A stretch of DNA of 32,000 bases from Haloquadratum walsbyi C23 (GTDB taxonomy: Archaea > Halobacteriota > Halobacteria > Halobacteriales > Haloferacaceae): positions 690,001-722,000 of the forward strand of contig NC_017459.1 in NCBI RefSeq assembly GCF_000237865.1, written 5' to 3'. Below, piece by piece: positions 17,941 through 26,364 of the stretch. Numbering within the stretch: the first letter of the stretch is position 1; each line of letters begins with the position of its first letter. Under the pieces are notes generated by a model, which was not told the DNA's origin, searched no databases, and was given only the letters and a program-made list of their open reading frames with translations. Made by a program: the position numbers and the translations under genes.

Positions 17941-19155
17941 CTATATACCCTTACCCATCAGATGACTTCGCAACACATCAGCGGTTTTTGTCCCTGACTC
18001 AGTGTTGACAGCAATGACAGTGTCCGTCGGGTCAAAGACACCACGATCAGCGAGTTTATCAACAGCAGCAATAGCGGCCCCTCCAGCGGCTCCAATCTCA
18101 AGCCCAGCATGCTGAGCGGCAACAACTGCTGCTTCTAAAATTGCATCATCGTCAACAGCGATAATCTCTCCATCACACTCATCAATCGCCTCAAGGGCTG
18201 CAGTTCCACCGTTTGGGTCCGGAATTTCTAATTCACCAACGATTGTGTCTGGATTATCCCACGGTTCGACTTCCACAGCACCTTCGGTTGCAGCATCAAC
18301 AATCGGTGCGCATCCAGATGGTTGAGCGGCGTACAACGTTGGCATTGAACTGAGTATATCCGCGGCAGTAAGCTCGCGAAATCCTTTCGCAACACCAGCA
18401 ACAACCTCTCCAGTCCCGGCAGGGACAACAACAGCATCAGGCACATCCCATCCGTGTGCTTCCGCAAGCTCAAATGCAACTGTTTTGATTCCATCATGAC
18501 GATATGGGTTATTGAATTCTTGTAGTGTATACCAATCTGACTGAAGCTGTTCGGCGAGTGCGTCCTCTGCATCGGGATATCTTCCGCCAGCGACTCGCAT
18601 TTCACTTCCATGAACATTCACCATTGCTTTGTTCGAGAACGGGGTTCTTGATGGGACAAATGCATATGAACGAAGTCCGGCTATTCCAGCATATGCAGCT
18701 GCTGACTGTCCAGCGTTTCCAGGTGTCGCAAGTGCAAGCAAATCAGCACCTGTCTCGCGAGCGGCGGTGACAGCTGATGACAGCCCACGGTCAAGTATCG
18801 TTCCAGTTGGGTTTCGACTCTCATCCTTAATTGCAAGTGTCTCAACACCTACCTCTGCAGCAAGTTGCGGAGCTGTAACAAGTGGAGTATTACCCTCACC
18901 AGCGGTAATTGGGTCGATGAACGGAAGTAATTCATTATATCGCCACATCGAACGTGTCGTAATGTCGATGTCATTATCAGTATCAGCATCACTCCCGCGC
19001 TCAAACGCGCTTGTATCCATTCCCCACTTGATGCCGCTTGTATCATACATTGGCTCGAGCCGACCCCCAGTGTCAGTCGGACCAGTTGCCGTCAAATCGT
19101 GTTGATCCCCGCTCGCGGTACAGTATAACCCACGAAACGACTCAGATGTCTTCAT
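17941..19155 (-). CDS. Threonine-synthase-like fold-type-II PLP-enzyme homolog, with the Schiff-base lysine replaced by Leu
   Basis: 404 aa, collinear with archaeal ThrC ('WRYNELLP', 'GEGNTPL', 'IKDESRNPTG..DRG'). The motif reads NPTGTILDRG rather than NPTGSFKDRG, and the other PLP-site motifs are also altered. Confidence 0.85.
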   Translation of the reverse strand: MKTSESFRGLYCTASGDQHDLTATGPTDTGGRLEPMYDTSGIKWGMDTSAFERGSDADTDNDIDITTRSMWRYNELLPFIDPITAGEGNTPLVTAPQLAAEVGVETLAIKDESRNPTGTILDRGLSSAVTAARETGADLLALATPGNAGQSAAAYAGIAGLRSYAFVPSRTPFSNKAMVNVHGSEMRVAGGRYPDAEDALAEQLQSDWYTLQEFNNPYRHDGIKTVAFELAEAHGWDVPDAVVVPAGTGEVVAGVAKGFRELTAADILSSMPTLYAAQPSGCAPIVDAATEGAVEVEPWDNPDTIVGELEIPDPNGGTAALEAIDECDGEIIAVDDDAILEAAVVAAQHAGLEIGAAGGAAIAAVDKLADRGVFDPTDTVIAVNTESGTKTADVLRSHLMGKGI

Positions 19156-19377
19156 ATCGAATCACAACATTTCAACAATCAAATCGTTATCCACTTATAT
19201 CTCGCTCTTTTTAGGGACTAAGCACACATATTCGGATAGGGAGTCTTAGCATACTCACATATCATAAAGTCTAAATTGTTTGATGGCTAGCGCTGGTCCA
19301 GTCATCAGAGTTCAATAATTCATCTAACAAAGTCAGTCTCGATACCCTCTTTATGTATCCATCCACGAGTCACAATC

Positions 19378-20658
19378 ATGAGTACGGACTCCGTTGTGGT
19401 CGTCGGTGCCGGACTTGCCGGGCTTGTTGCGGCGCGACATGTCGCACAAACTGGTGCAACTGTCACCGTTTATGAACGCCAATCAGACGTTGGTGGGCGC
19501 GTGCAAACTCGCCATCAGGATGGATTTATTATTGATCGTGGGTTCCAGGTGCTTTTTACATCATATCCTGCCGTTACGCGTGAACTTGATCTTGATTCGC
19601 TCTCGCTCCGTCGATTCACCCCTGGCGCTGTCATTGCTCGCCCTGGGTCACGGTCTGTTCTTTCGGACCCTCTTCGTGACCCGCGCGCAGCAATATCATC
19701 ATTACAAAATAATGAGGTAACGCAGACAGATAAAATTCGGACGCTATTGCTTCGGCAACATGTTGGGACACGAACAGAAAAAGAGATATTCGAGAGCCCT
19801 GATCAGTCGATTCGCTCATATCTTCAGGAATGGGGATTTTCAGACGACTATCTTGATCACTTTATTGCCCCATTTTATGGTGGCATTACACTCGATCGCT
19901 CGCTATCAACATCAAAACGTGTATTTGAGTATACATTCAAGTCACTCTCAACCGGCGAAATTGCCCTGCCAGCTGATGGTATGCAGGCTGTTCCACAGCA
20001 ACTTGCGATGAATGCTCGCGATGCCGGTGCGAGTATCGTCTGTGAGGAGGGTGTTACTGATATCATTGACCATACCGATAGTGTCACTATTGAGACGGAT
20101 ACGACGACAACTGACGCTGACGCTGTGATTATTGCGACTGATCCTGCCGATGCCAGACAGCTCACTGGTGTTAATTCAATCCCGACAGACACACGTGGGT
20201 GTGTCACACAATATTATGAGCTCCCGGTTACAGATGCCCCTGAAACCCGTAAGAAGATTATCTTGAATGCTGCTGAGCCAGCGCCAAACACGGTTGTTCC
20301 GCTCTCTAATGTTGCCTCCGAATACGCCCCTGATAATAAGGCACTATTGAATGCAACGTTCCTTTCACCTGCAGCGTTTGAACATGATATTGATACCCTT
20401 GCTGAACAGACCCAATCAGCACTTTCATCATGGTACTCAGATCGCGACTTTGATTCTTTGAAACCAATTGCAACCGATCGAATTGAGTTCGCACAATTTG
20501 ACCAGCCACCAGGTGTACACGATGCTCTTCCACAGGCGCGTGCCCCTGGCGGTCGGGTCTACCTTGCTGGTGATTATACGGCGTGGTCAGGCATTCAGGG
20601 CGCGATGCGAAGTGGTCGTGAGGCAGCTGTTGCAGTTAACACTGATCGGTCGACATGA
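19378..20658 (+). CDS. FAD/NAD(P)-binding oxidoreductase (amine-oxidase / phytoene-desaturase-like superfamily)
   Basis: N-terminal Rossmann motif 'VVVVGAGLAGLVAARHV...VTVYERQSDVGGR'. C-terminal 'YLAGDYT..SGIQGAMRSG' FAD-binding signature. Confidence 0.85.
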   Translation: MSTDSVVVVGAGLAGLVAARHVAQTGATVTVYERQSDVGGRVQTRHQDGFIIDRGFQVLFTSYPAVTRELDLDSLSLRRFTPGAVIARPGSRSVLSDPLRDPRAAISSLQNNEVTQTDKIRTLLLRQHVGTRTEKEIFESPDQSIRSYLQEWGFSDDYLDHFIAPFYGGITLDRSLSTSKRVFEYTFKSLSTGEIALPADGMQAVPQQLAMNARDAGASIVCEEGVTDIIDHTDSVTIETDTTTTDADAVIIATDPADARQLTGVNSIPTDTRGCVTQYYELPVTDAPETRKKIILNAAEPAPNTVVPLSNVASEYAPDNKALLNATFLSPAAFEHDIDTLAEQTQSALSSWYSDRDFDSLKPIATDRIEFAQFDQPPGVHDALPQARAPGGRVYLAGDYTAWSGIQGAMRSGREAAVAVNTDRST

Positions 20659-21087
20659 AATATAGAATATAGGCTATAAGCTATAGACTACGGAACTCAA
20701 CCACACCCTCTATATCCTCCGCATCTCGGTATCACAATCGAATATATTGATGTGTATTGACTCCTTTTGATACGTATCGAAATATGATTATCTATCTCAC
20801 TGGGATGCTCTGACATCGTCGTCGATGTAATTGCAATCATCACAGCTTCATCAAGAATCAAGGCGGATACCTCAGGGCTTGACCCCGGGGACAGTTGACA
20901 CACAGCTTTCATTGTATTCATCATCGCCACCATGTTTTCCACCCAACAGGACGATACTGTTGGATCTGATCAACTAGCCCACTCTTATTTTGCTCACCGG
21001 ATACACGTGGCTCGCTTCTTGATAAAGTGGATTCCTCGCTGAAGATATTAAAGATGTAGAAAGCGTGTACAGCTATCATGTTGACAT

Positions 21088-21612
21088 CCTCCTCCGGGTT
21101 CACGCGGAGGAATCCCGAGCGGTGGGAGTTTCAGGTTTCACACTCCCACCGAACAACCAGCCAGTGCGAATCTGAAGGGTTGTTCGCGGTCTGAGTCGGG
21201 TGCGGGTGCGGGTGGGACTGCTGGCGGTGCCAAGCCGCCGGGACTCCTATTCTCGACCATGTACGGCGTCCAAGCGTTGTTTTTGCCGCAGGGGCGCCGG
21301 CAGGCGTTAGCAAACTCGGAGTTATTTTCAATGTTGCTTCCAAGCAGTCGGGCACAGCATCTGCATCGGTTCATTATAGGAACCGACCGTTCACCAGACT
21401 GATTCCGATGATTGTCTTATTGCTTGGGGCGGACAGGCCGCCATCGTAGGACTGGCGGGAATCGCTCTGTTTCCAACCGATTCCTGTTTTATGATGTGAT
21501 TGCCTGTGATTTAAATGTATGTATTTTGAAATTTGAATCGAGCGACGACAGTAGGATTTTGGAGGGCGTGACGGCGCGTATTCACGGCCTGAGGGCCGTG
21601 GTATTGCGCCTG
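21088..21612. other. G+C-rich, hairpin-dense non-coding island (candidate structured RNA(s) or PATE-like non-autonomous element)
   Basis: No credible ORF. 43 of 60 nt are G/C in 21191-21250, against 17 of 60 in 21481-21540. Perfect stems: TCCTCCG/CGGAGGA (21090-21111), GGTGGGAGT/ACTCCCACC (21121-21150), GAACAACC/GGTTGTTC (21151-21185), GGCGG/CCGCC (21223-21239 and 21428-21442), CGGTTC/GAACCG (21367-21385), and CACGGCC-TGAG-GGCCGTG nested in GGCGC/GCGCC (21573-21610). Confidence 0.45.
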
Positions 21613-21871
21613 CTCAGCATATAATAGCTGGAACTCTCGGGGTTGCGTTCACTATCATAGACACAAAGCGATTACATGAGCCACTGTAACTATCAATCAG
21701 CGTTTATACAACAAAGCGGTTCAAACAGCAATTGGAAGCCACGAATATACCTATATTAGTCACGATGTCAAGGGGTATATTCATACAGAAATCATAATTG
21801 GCGTTAGCTGGGGACAAAGGCTGGCTCTATATGCGAAGACATTTGACTGCTCTTTGATATACGTAAAGCGG

Positions 21872-22645
21872 ATGACGCCACGAATTTCTTCGCAAACTGA
21901 AGCACTACTTATCGGCGGGTCAAGTGGGATTGGACTAGAAACAGCCAAGCGGTTGTCTGACCGAGGTATCAACGTACATCTTGTAGGTCGGACAGAAAAA
22001 AAGCTCATAAACGCTGTCGATAATCTCCCTGGAGATGGAACGGGAGAGTATTCAACAGTAAATCTCTATGATAGCGATGACGTCACAGCGTTTATTGAAG
22101 CAATCGAGGAATCAGAGGCATCAATTGAGTACTTAGTCAATGCCGCAGGATCATTCCAGCCAAAGCCGTTCTTAGAACATACCGAAGCAGACTATGATAA
22201 ATATCATGACATAAATCGGTCATTCTTTTTCATCACCCAAGCTGTTGCACAAGCTATGGTTGAACATGGTGGTGGGTCGATCGTGAATGTCGGCTCCATG
22301 TGGGCCCAGCAAGCAATTGAGGAGACGCCAGCCTCGGCGTACTCCATGGCAAAGGCGGGACTGCACACGTTCACCCAACAGCTTGCAATTGAGTTGGGGG
22401 AGCACAACATTAGAATCAATGCGGTTTCTCCATCTGTTGTAGAAACACCAATCTATGGTGAATTTATGGATCCAGAAGATATCCACGAAAATCTTCAAGC
22501 ATTCAATGATATGCATCCAACTGGAAGCGTTGGTCAGCCAGATGAGGTAGCAGCAGTGATTAATTTCCTTCTCTCAGAAGAAACATCTTGGGTCACTGGA
22601 GCAATCTGGGATGTTGATGGCGGTGTGATGGCGGGACGAACGTAA
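21872..22645 (+). CDS. Short-chain dehydrogenase/reductase (SDR) family oxidoreductase
   Basis: ATG 21872. The track start 21854 is TTG. 'GGSSGIGLE' (TGxxxGxG), 'NAAG', catalytic 'YSMAKAG' (YxxxK), 'PSVVETP'. Confidence 0.9.
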   Translation: MTPRISSQTEALLIGGSSGIGLETAKRLSDRGINVHLVGRTEKKLINAVDNLPGDGTGEYSTVNLYDSDDVTAFIEAIEESEASIEYLVNAAGSFQPKPFLEHTEADYDKYHDINRSFFFITQAVAQAMVEHGGGSIVNVGSMWAQQAIEETPASAYSMAKAGLHTFTQQLAIELGEHNIRINAVSPSVVETPIYGEFMDPEDIHENLQAFNDMHPTGSVGQPDEVAAVINFLLSEETSWVTGAIWDVDGGVMAGRT

Positions 22646-23753
22646 CTGTTAAACAGACGATATTGCCGGAATTCATTTTACAGAAAAGTCAAGACGAATG
22701 CCCCGTGGCGATTTACAGGGAATATATGCTATCAGTCACTCTATCGTCTTTCTACGCTCATACATACGAGCAAGATCTTTCATATATCTCAAGCAACTGA
22801 GGTAACCGGTAACTACTCTTGATTCTGTAAGCGCTTCAAGACCGTTTCAGTAGTCAAGTTTCCTCCGTTAATAACGCTCTGTAAGGCATTAATCGATTTG
22901 CTGTAACTGTGTGGTATGTTATATTGGCTCTTCCAGTGATGATATTCCAGATAAGTGACATTTGAGATTTATCTGTCAGGACTCGACCGCAGTCACGCTT
23001 CGAAACATTACATAAGAGATATCGAACTCACGATTTCATAGTTCAAGCTGATACTATTGCTCGATGCGATGGAGCACAATTCCCGATTAGCATGCAGTGA
23101 CAATAGGAAAGCATAATAGCCAGATCAAACCGGCATTGATCAGGCGTAATCCCGGAGAGTGTCGATTTTTTGTGGATAACAGAGCCAATTCGAGACTGTC
23201 AACTCAATGCTCAAGCGGAAATATGATTTGTTTTATTTATATATCTATGACACGTAGCAAACAGAAGTCCACTCCTTCAGGAAGGAAGCTAAGCTGGTAA
23301 AAGCAGTCTCAGAAAGTCACCTTTTTGAATCCTATGTAGATCATTGACTGAACCTTCTGAGAATCAGTATATGTTAGCGTGACATAGGTGCTGAGCTGCA
23401 CCCCTGGCAAGGCTGTGATTAAACAGGGCGGGGTATTTCACAGATCCCACAGCCCTCGTTTCGTCAGGCATCGAATCACTATGTATAAAAAATAATCCGG
23501 GTCATTGCTGTAACATATGAATTTGTTGTGATCAATCTATTCTCTTGCGGGAAAATAGAAGCTTCGGGGTTTGAATCCAAGGAAGTTCATAGCTTAATAC
23601 CAGACTCTGAAAATAGCGAGAGTTCCATAGACCACCTGACTCATTATTAAATCACGTACAGTTGTCCGAATACAGATTTTGTTATTATTGAATACTCGTT
23701 CAATACTATCTCAACAAATTCATAATGCTCAATTCTCAGGGACTCAAACAATC

Positions 23754-24494
23754 TCATAACATTGTCCGGAGTGATCGAAGCGGGGGAAATGAGAGAGATT
23801 CAGCGGCTTGTTCATCATAAATAGTTGGCCGTGCATCTTCAAGTCGCGTAATAAGTGGTGATTGAAGATCATTCCCACTCGCAGTATTGATGCTGACACC
23901 AGCAGCGAGTCGAGAGAATGTTGGAAGCATAATGATATTTGCCTCCTGATAGCTATCAGGAATTGAGAGAAAACATGGATGTCGTTGACCTTCGATAGTA
24001 ATCGCTGGGTGATCATGACCGATGATATATCGCTCAGCCGTGATTGTTGGCTCAGTATGCCCGTGACAAATAACGGTTTTTGGGCTTTCTGCAGTTAGTC
24101 CCTCGACCGTATATGAGTCGACAACGGTCGTATTATATGTCGAATCGAGTCCCGTATCGTGATTGCCACGGACGAAGATACATGTCGCATCAACGTCTGA
24201 ACACGCATCGACCAACGCTGCAAGCGTTCTTCGATTATCCGATGTTGCTCCCTCAAATCGATGAAAGATATCACCTGCAACAACAACCGTTTCAGGAGTC
24301 AATTCTCTCAGATGAGTCTGTATCCGTTCAAGCAAATCATCACGCTCGCCGAGTGGAAGTTGCACATTCGAAGCCTCATCACGACCAATATGAAGATCAG
24401 AAATCACAAGTGTCGCTGCATCAGGCATCCAAAGTGCACGTGAGCGATATACGACATCAGTGTTAATCACACGTACCGTATGAGCAGTATCCAA
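23754..24494 (-). CDS. Calcineurin-like metallophosphoesterase (PdeM-like)
   Basis: Motifs 'SDLHIGRDE', 'AGDIFHRF', 'VRGNHD', 'CHGHTEP', 'IGHDHP'. The N-terminal 'RALWMPDAATLVISDLH' resembles the PdeM family. The start codon is uncertain (TTG at 24494, with no upstream ATG). Confidence 0.82.
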   Translation of the reverse strand: MDTAHTVRVINTDVVYRSRALWMPDAATLVISDLHIGRDEASNVQLPLGERDDLLERIQTHLRELTPETVVVAGDIFHRFEGATSDNRRTLAALVDACSDVDATCIFVRGNHDTGLDSTYNTTVVDSYTVEGLTAESPKTVICHGHTEPTITAERYIIGHDHPAITIEGQRHPCFLSIPDSYQEANIIMLPTFSRLAAGVSINTASGNDLQSPLITRLEDARPTIYDEQAAESLSFPPLRSLRTML

Positions 24495-24539
24495 AAGTAC
24501 ATAACGGACACAATTACTACAGCTATCGTCTGGAGTCAG

Positions 24540-24992
24540 CTACCCACGACTGAAGTCGGTGGCTTCCTCCCGCAATTGGGTTTTGACCCGAACGATCGTA
24601 TCGGTGTGGGCTGACTGCAATCCACTAATTCTCCGTGTGGAATTATTCTATTCCACGGTCGGGTACTCCATATCAGTTTCAAACTGACGTGGGTACCGAC
24701 CCACAAAAAGGGACACTCGCACTCTTTGGATGGCGAGGCAGTGGGGTACGTCCATTTAATTCCTGGTGACCTCCACTCCAACCCGGTGTGGAGTGCGAAG
24801 AACCCGTGTCCGTAGCCGAACAGGGTAGCACGCTCGCTTCACGAGTCCCGAGTTCAGGGCAGGCTGACTGGATGCCCATACCAGCAGGTACTTGTGACCT
24901 TCTGACACTGTCCACACCCTGGCTTCTTGCCACCTAGAGATCTTGTTGGAAACTCAGATTGATTGATTTCTTGTTGTCGGCTTCCTCCCACG
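24540..24992. other. G+C-rich, hairpin-dense non-coding island (candidate structured RNA or PATE-like non-autonomous element) directly abutting the MITE
   Basis: Only Trp/Pro/Gly-rich nonsense ORFs. 63 of the 100 nt in 24771-24870 are G/C. Stems: GTGGAAT/ATTCCAC (24637-24656), CACTCCA/TGGAGTG (24774-24795), GTGGGT-ACCG-ACCCAC (24689-24704) competing with the long-range GTCGGGTAC/GTACCGAC (24658-24700), and GGGCA/TGCCC (24857-24876). The 11-nt direct repeat GGCTTCCTCCC occurs near both edges (24561-24571 and 24979-24989). Confidence 0.45.
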
Positions 24993-25001
24993 AATAAATT
25001 C

Positions 25002-25261
25002 CTGTCTCTTACCCACAAGTTCGTGGAGTCGTAACCGGACGTTTCAGACACTCTCAGAGGTATTTTGAACGCAAAAAATCGAGGCGAGAAGCGATTCAGA
25101 CAGTGATATCGGCTGTGGGGGTGACAGAACGCCGGTAATCAACGCCACTACAATTGTTCCAAAGAGGTGCTGAAACTGTAGATACCGAGGATTTCAGTCG
25201 TGCTCGCCGATCCCGATCCCGTTCCGCTAAAATCCTGACTCGATCCGTGGGTAAGAGACAG
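25002..25261. mobile_element. MITE (260 bp, no ORF) carrying the termini of the IS50-like element at 5551-7218
   Basis: Perfect 15-bp terminal inverted repeats CTGTCTCTTACCCAC (25002-25016, and reverse complement at 25247-25261). Their first 14 nt are identical to the IS termini. The flanking 10-mers GAATAAATTC and GAATAGAGTC match at 8 of 10 positions (decayed target duplication). Confidence 0.85.
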
Positions 25262-25488
25262 GAATAGAGTCGTGGGTTTCCGCCTCGCAATCTCTATGAG
25301 TCCGCATGAACACCCTCAATATTTGACCGTACTCTGATATCGACTCTATTATTATATATGACTGGAATAGTCCATTCGATATGTTCTGCAGATTCACAGT
25401 AAGGAATGCAGTGGCCCCAGTGATATAATGGGCAAAACAAAATATATAAGAAGGTGGATTTTTACCGCTCAAATATTTATAATATGAT

Positions 25489-26325
25489 ATGAGCGGCGCG
25501 CTTGAGGATAAACGAACCGCAACGCGGTTTCGTATCCTCGTTGAAATTGCCGATCGGCAGCCAGCAGTAAATCAGGGTGAAATTGCTGAAGCTGTCGGTG
25601 TAACAAGTCAGGCTGTAAGCGAGTATATCCGTGATCTCGTTGCTGAGGGATATGTTGATAAGGAAGCTCGATCCCGTTATAGCATCACAAAAGAAGGCGT
25701 TGACTGGTTATTTCAGGAAGCAAAAGGACTCCGGCGATTTGCTAATCATGTTACCGATGATGTTCTTGAAAATGTCAAAGAAGACGCCGCCATTGCGACC
25801 GACGCAATTGAACCCGGTGAAACGGTGACACTTTCGATTACTAATGGGCTTTTGCATGCAACACCGGGAGATGTCGGACCTGCGACTGGTGTTGCAACGA
25901 CCGCTGCAGATTCTGGTGACGAAGTGAGTGTGACTGGATTTGAAGGGGTAATACAGATGGATCCCGGTCATGTAACCGTTATACAACTCCCCCCGGCACG
26001 CTCTGGCGGAAGTCAGGCTGTCTCAATTGATGAGTTAGCGACAATCTGTGCGGGTGGTGATATTGTTGTTGCAACAGGTGTTGAGGCGGTTGTTGCACTT
26101 CGACGAGCAGATATCACGCCAACAACGTCTCTTGCGGCAGGGTCTGTCGCAGCCGATGGAGCCACACGAGGGCTTGATTCTGTTGTTGTGGCGACTGCTG
26201 ATCTCGTTGGACAGGTTACTGACACACTTCGCGATGATAATGTGCTTTATGAAGTGACACAACTCGCAGACGCAGATGTAGATCCGGATATGAATGCAAA
26301 TGTCACACATAAAGATAGTGAATAA
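25489..26325 (+). CDS. Winged-helix (MarR/Lrp-like HTH) transcription regulator with an uncharacterised C-terminal domain of about 190 aa
   Basis: N-terminal 'RFRILVEIADRQPAVNQGEIAEAVGVTSQAVSEYIRDLVAEGYVDKE...YSITKEGVDWL' is a classic wHTH domain. The remainder is acidic and Val/Ala/Thr-rich, with no motif I recognise. Confidence 0.75.
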   Translation: MSGALEDKRTATRFRILVEIADRQPAVNQGEIAEAVGVTSQAVSEYIRDLVAEGYVDKEARSRYSITKEGVDWLFQEAKGLRRFANHVTDDVLENVKEDAAIATDAIEPGETVTLSITNGLLHATPGDVGPATGVATTAADSGDEVSVTGFEGVIQMDPGHVTVIQLPPARSGGSQAVSIDELATICAGGDIVVATGVEAVVALRRADITPTTSLAAGSVAADGATRGLDSVVVATADLVGQVTDTLRDDNVLYEVTQLADADVDPDMNANVTHKDSE

Positions 26326-26364
26326 TTGAGAGCAAATATAGGTATGAATTATACCATATTCCAC

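Noticed and set aside
103-20665. Many ORFs of 60-160 aa that overlap annotated genes in other frames or on the opposite strand (for example 103..438, 1401..1655, 2638..2976, 5869..6654, 9574..10347, 14186..14789, 16296..16955, 17168..17506, 18228..19105, 19875..20207)
   Set aside because: These are shadow ORFs inside strongly supported CDSs. They have Cys/Arg/Ser/His-rich, non-acidic compositions that are atypical of haloarchaeal proteins.
20697-21103. Two minus-strand ORFs (81 aa and 60 aa), including a Walker-B-like 'LILDEA', considered as a frameshifted pseudogene
   Set aside because: The composition is not protein-like and not acidic, unlike every real gene here. The upstream ORF starts inside a hairpin of the structured island. 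One pentapeptide is not evidence. BLASTX would be needed to revive this idea.
23556-23580. tRNA-like T-arm fragment TCGGGGTTTGAATCCAAGG, considered as a possible tRNA gene or an att-site remnant
   Set aside because: The flanks cannot form a T-stem, an acceptor stem or an anticodon arm. A single 13-nt resemblance is not enough to call a tRNA or an integration site.
24555-24989. The direct repeat GGCTTCCTCCC at both edges of the structured island, read as a definite target-site duplication or att pair
   Set aside because: A perfect 11-mer recurring within about 500 bp is expected a few times by chance in 32 kb. Only the additional upstream GTCGG (with a 3-nt indel) raises its significance. I keep it as an observation within the finding and do not call it a TSD.
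24540-24992. RNase P RNA or SRP (7S) RNA as the identity of the G+C-rich structured islands (also 9040-9450 and 21088-21612)
   Set aside because: None of the three contains the near-invariant RNase P CR-I/CR-V sequences (GAGGAAAGUCC and ACAGAA...GGCUUA) or the SRP helix-8 motif (GGAAGG.AGCA) on either strand. In 21088-21612, GGAGGAAUCCCG (about 21106) and ACAGUAGGAUUU (about 21548) could form a P4-like pairing, but the CR-II/III (GGGUGAAA, GUAAGAG) elements are absent and an AT-rich stretch interrupts the region. I treat that resemblance as coincidental. A covariance-model search is still needed.
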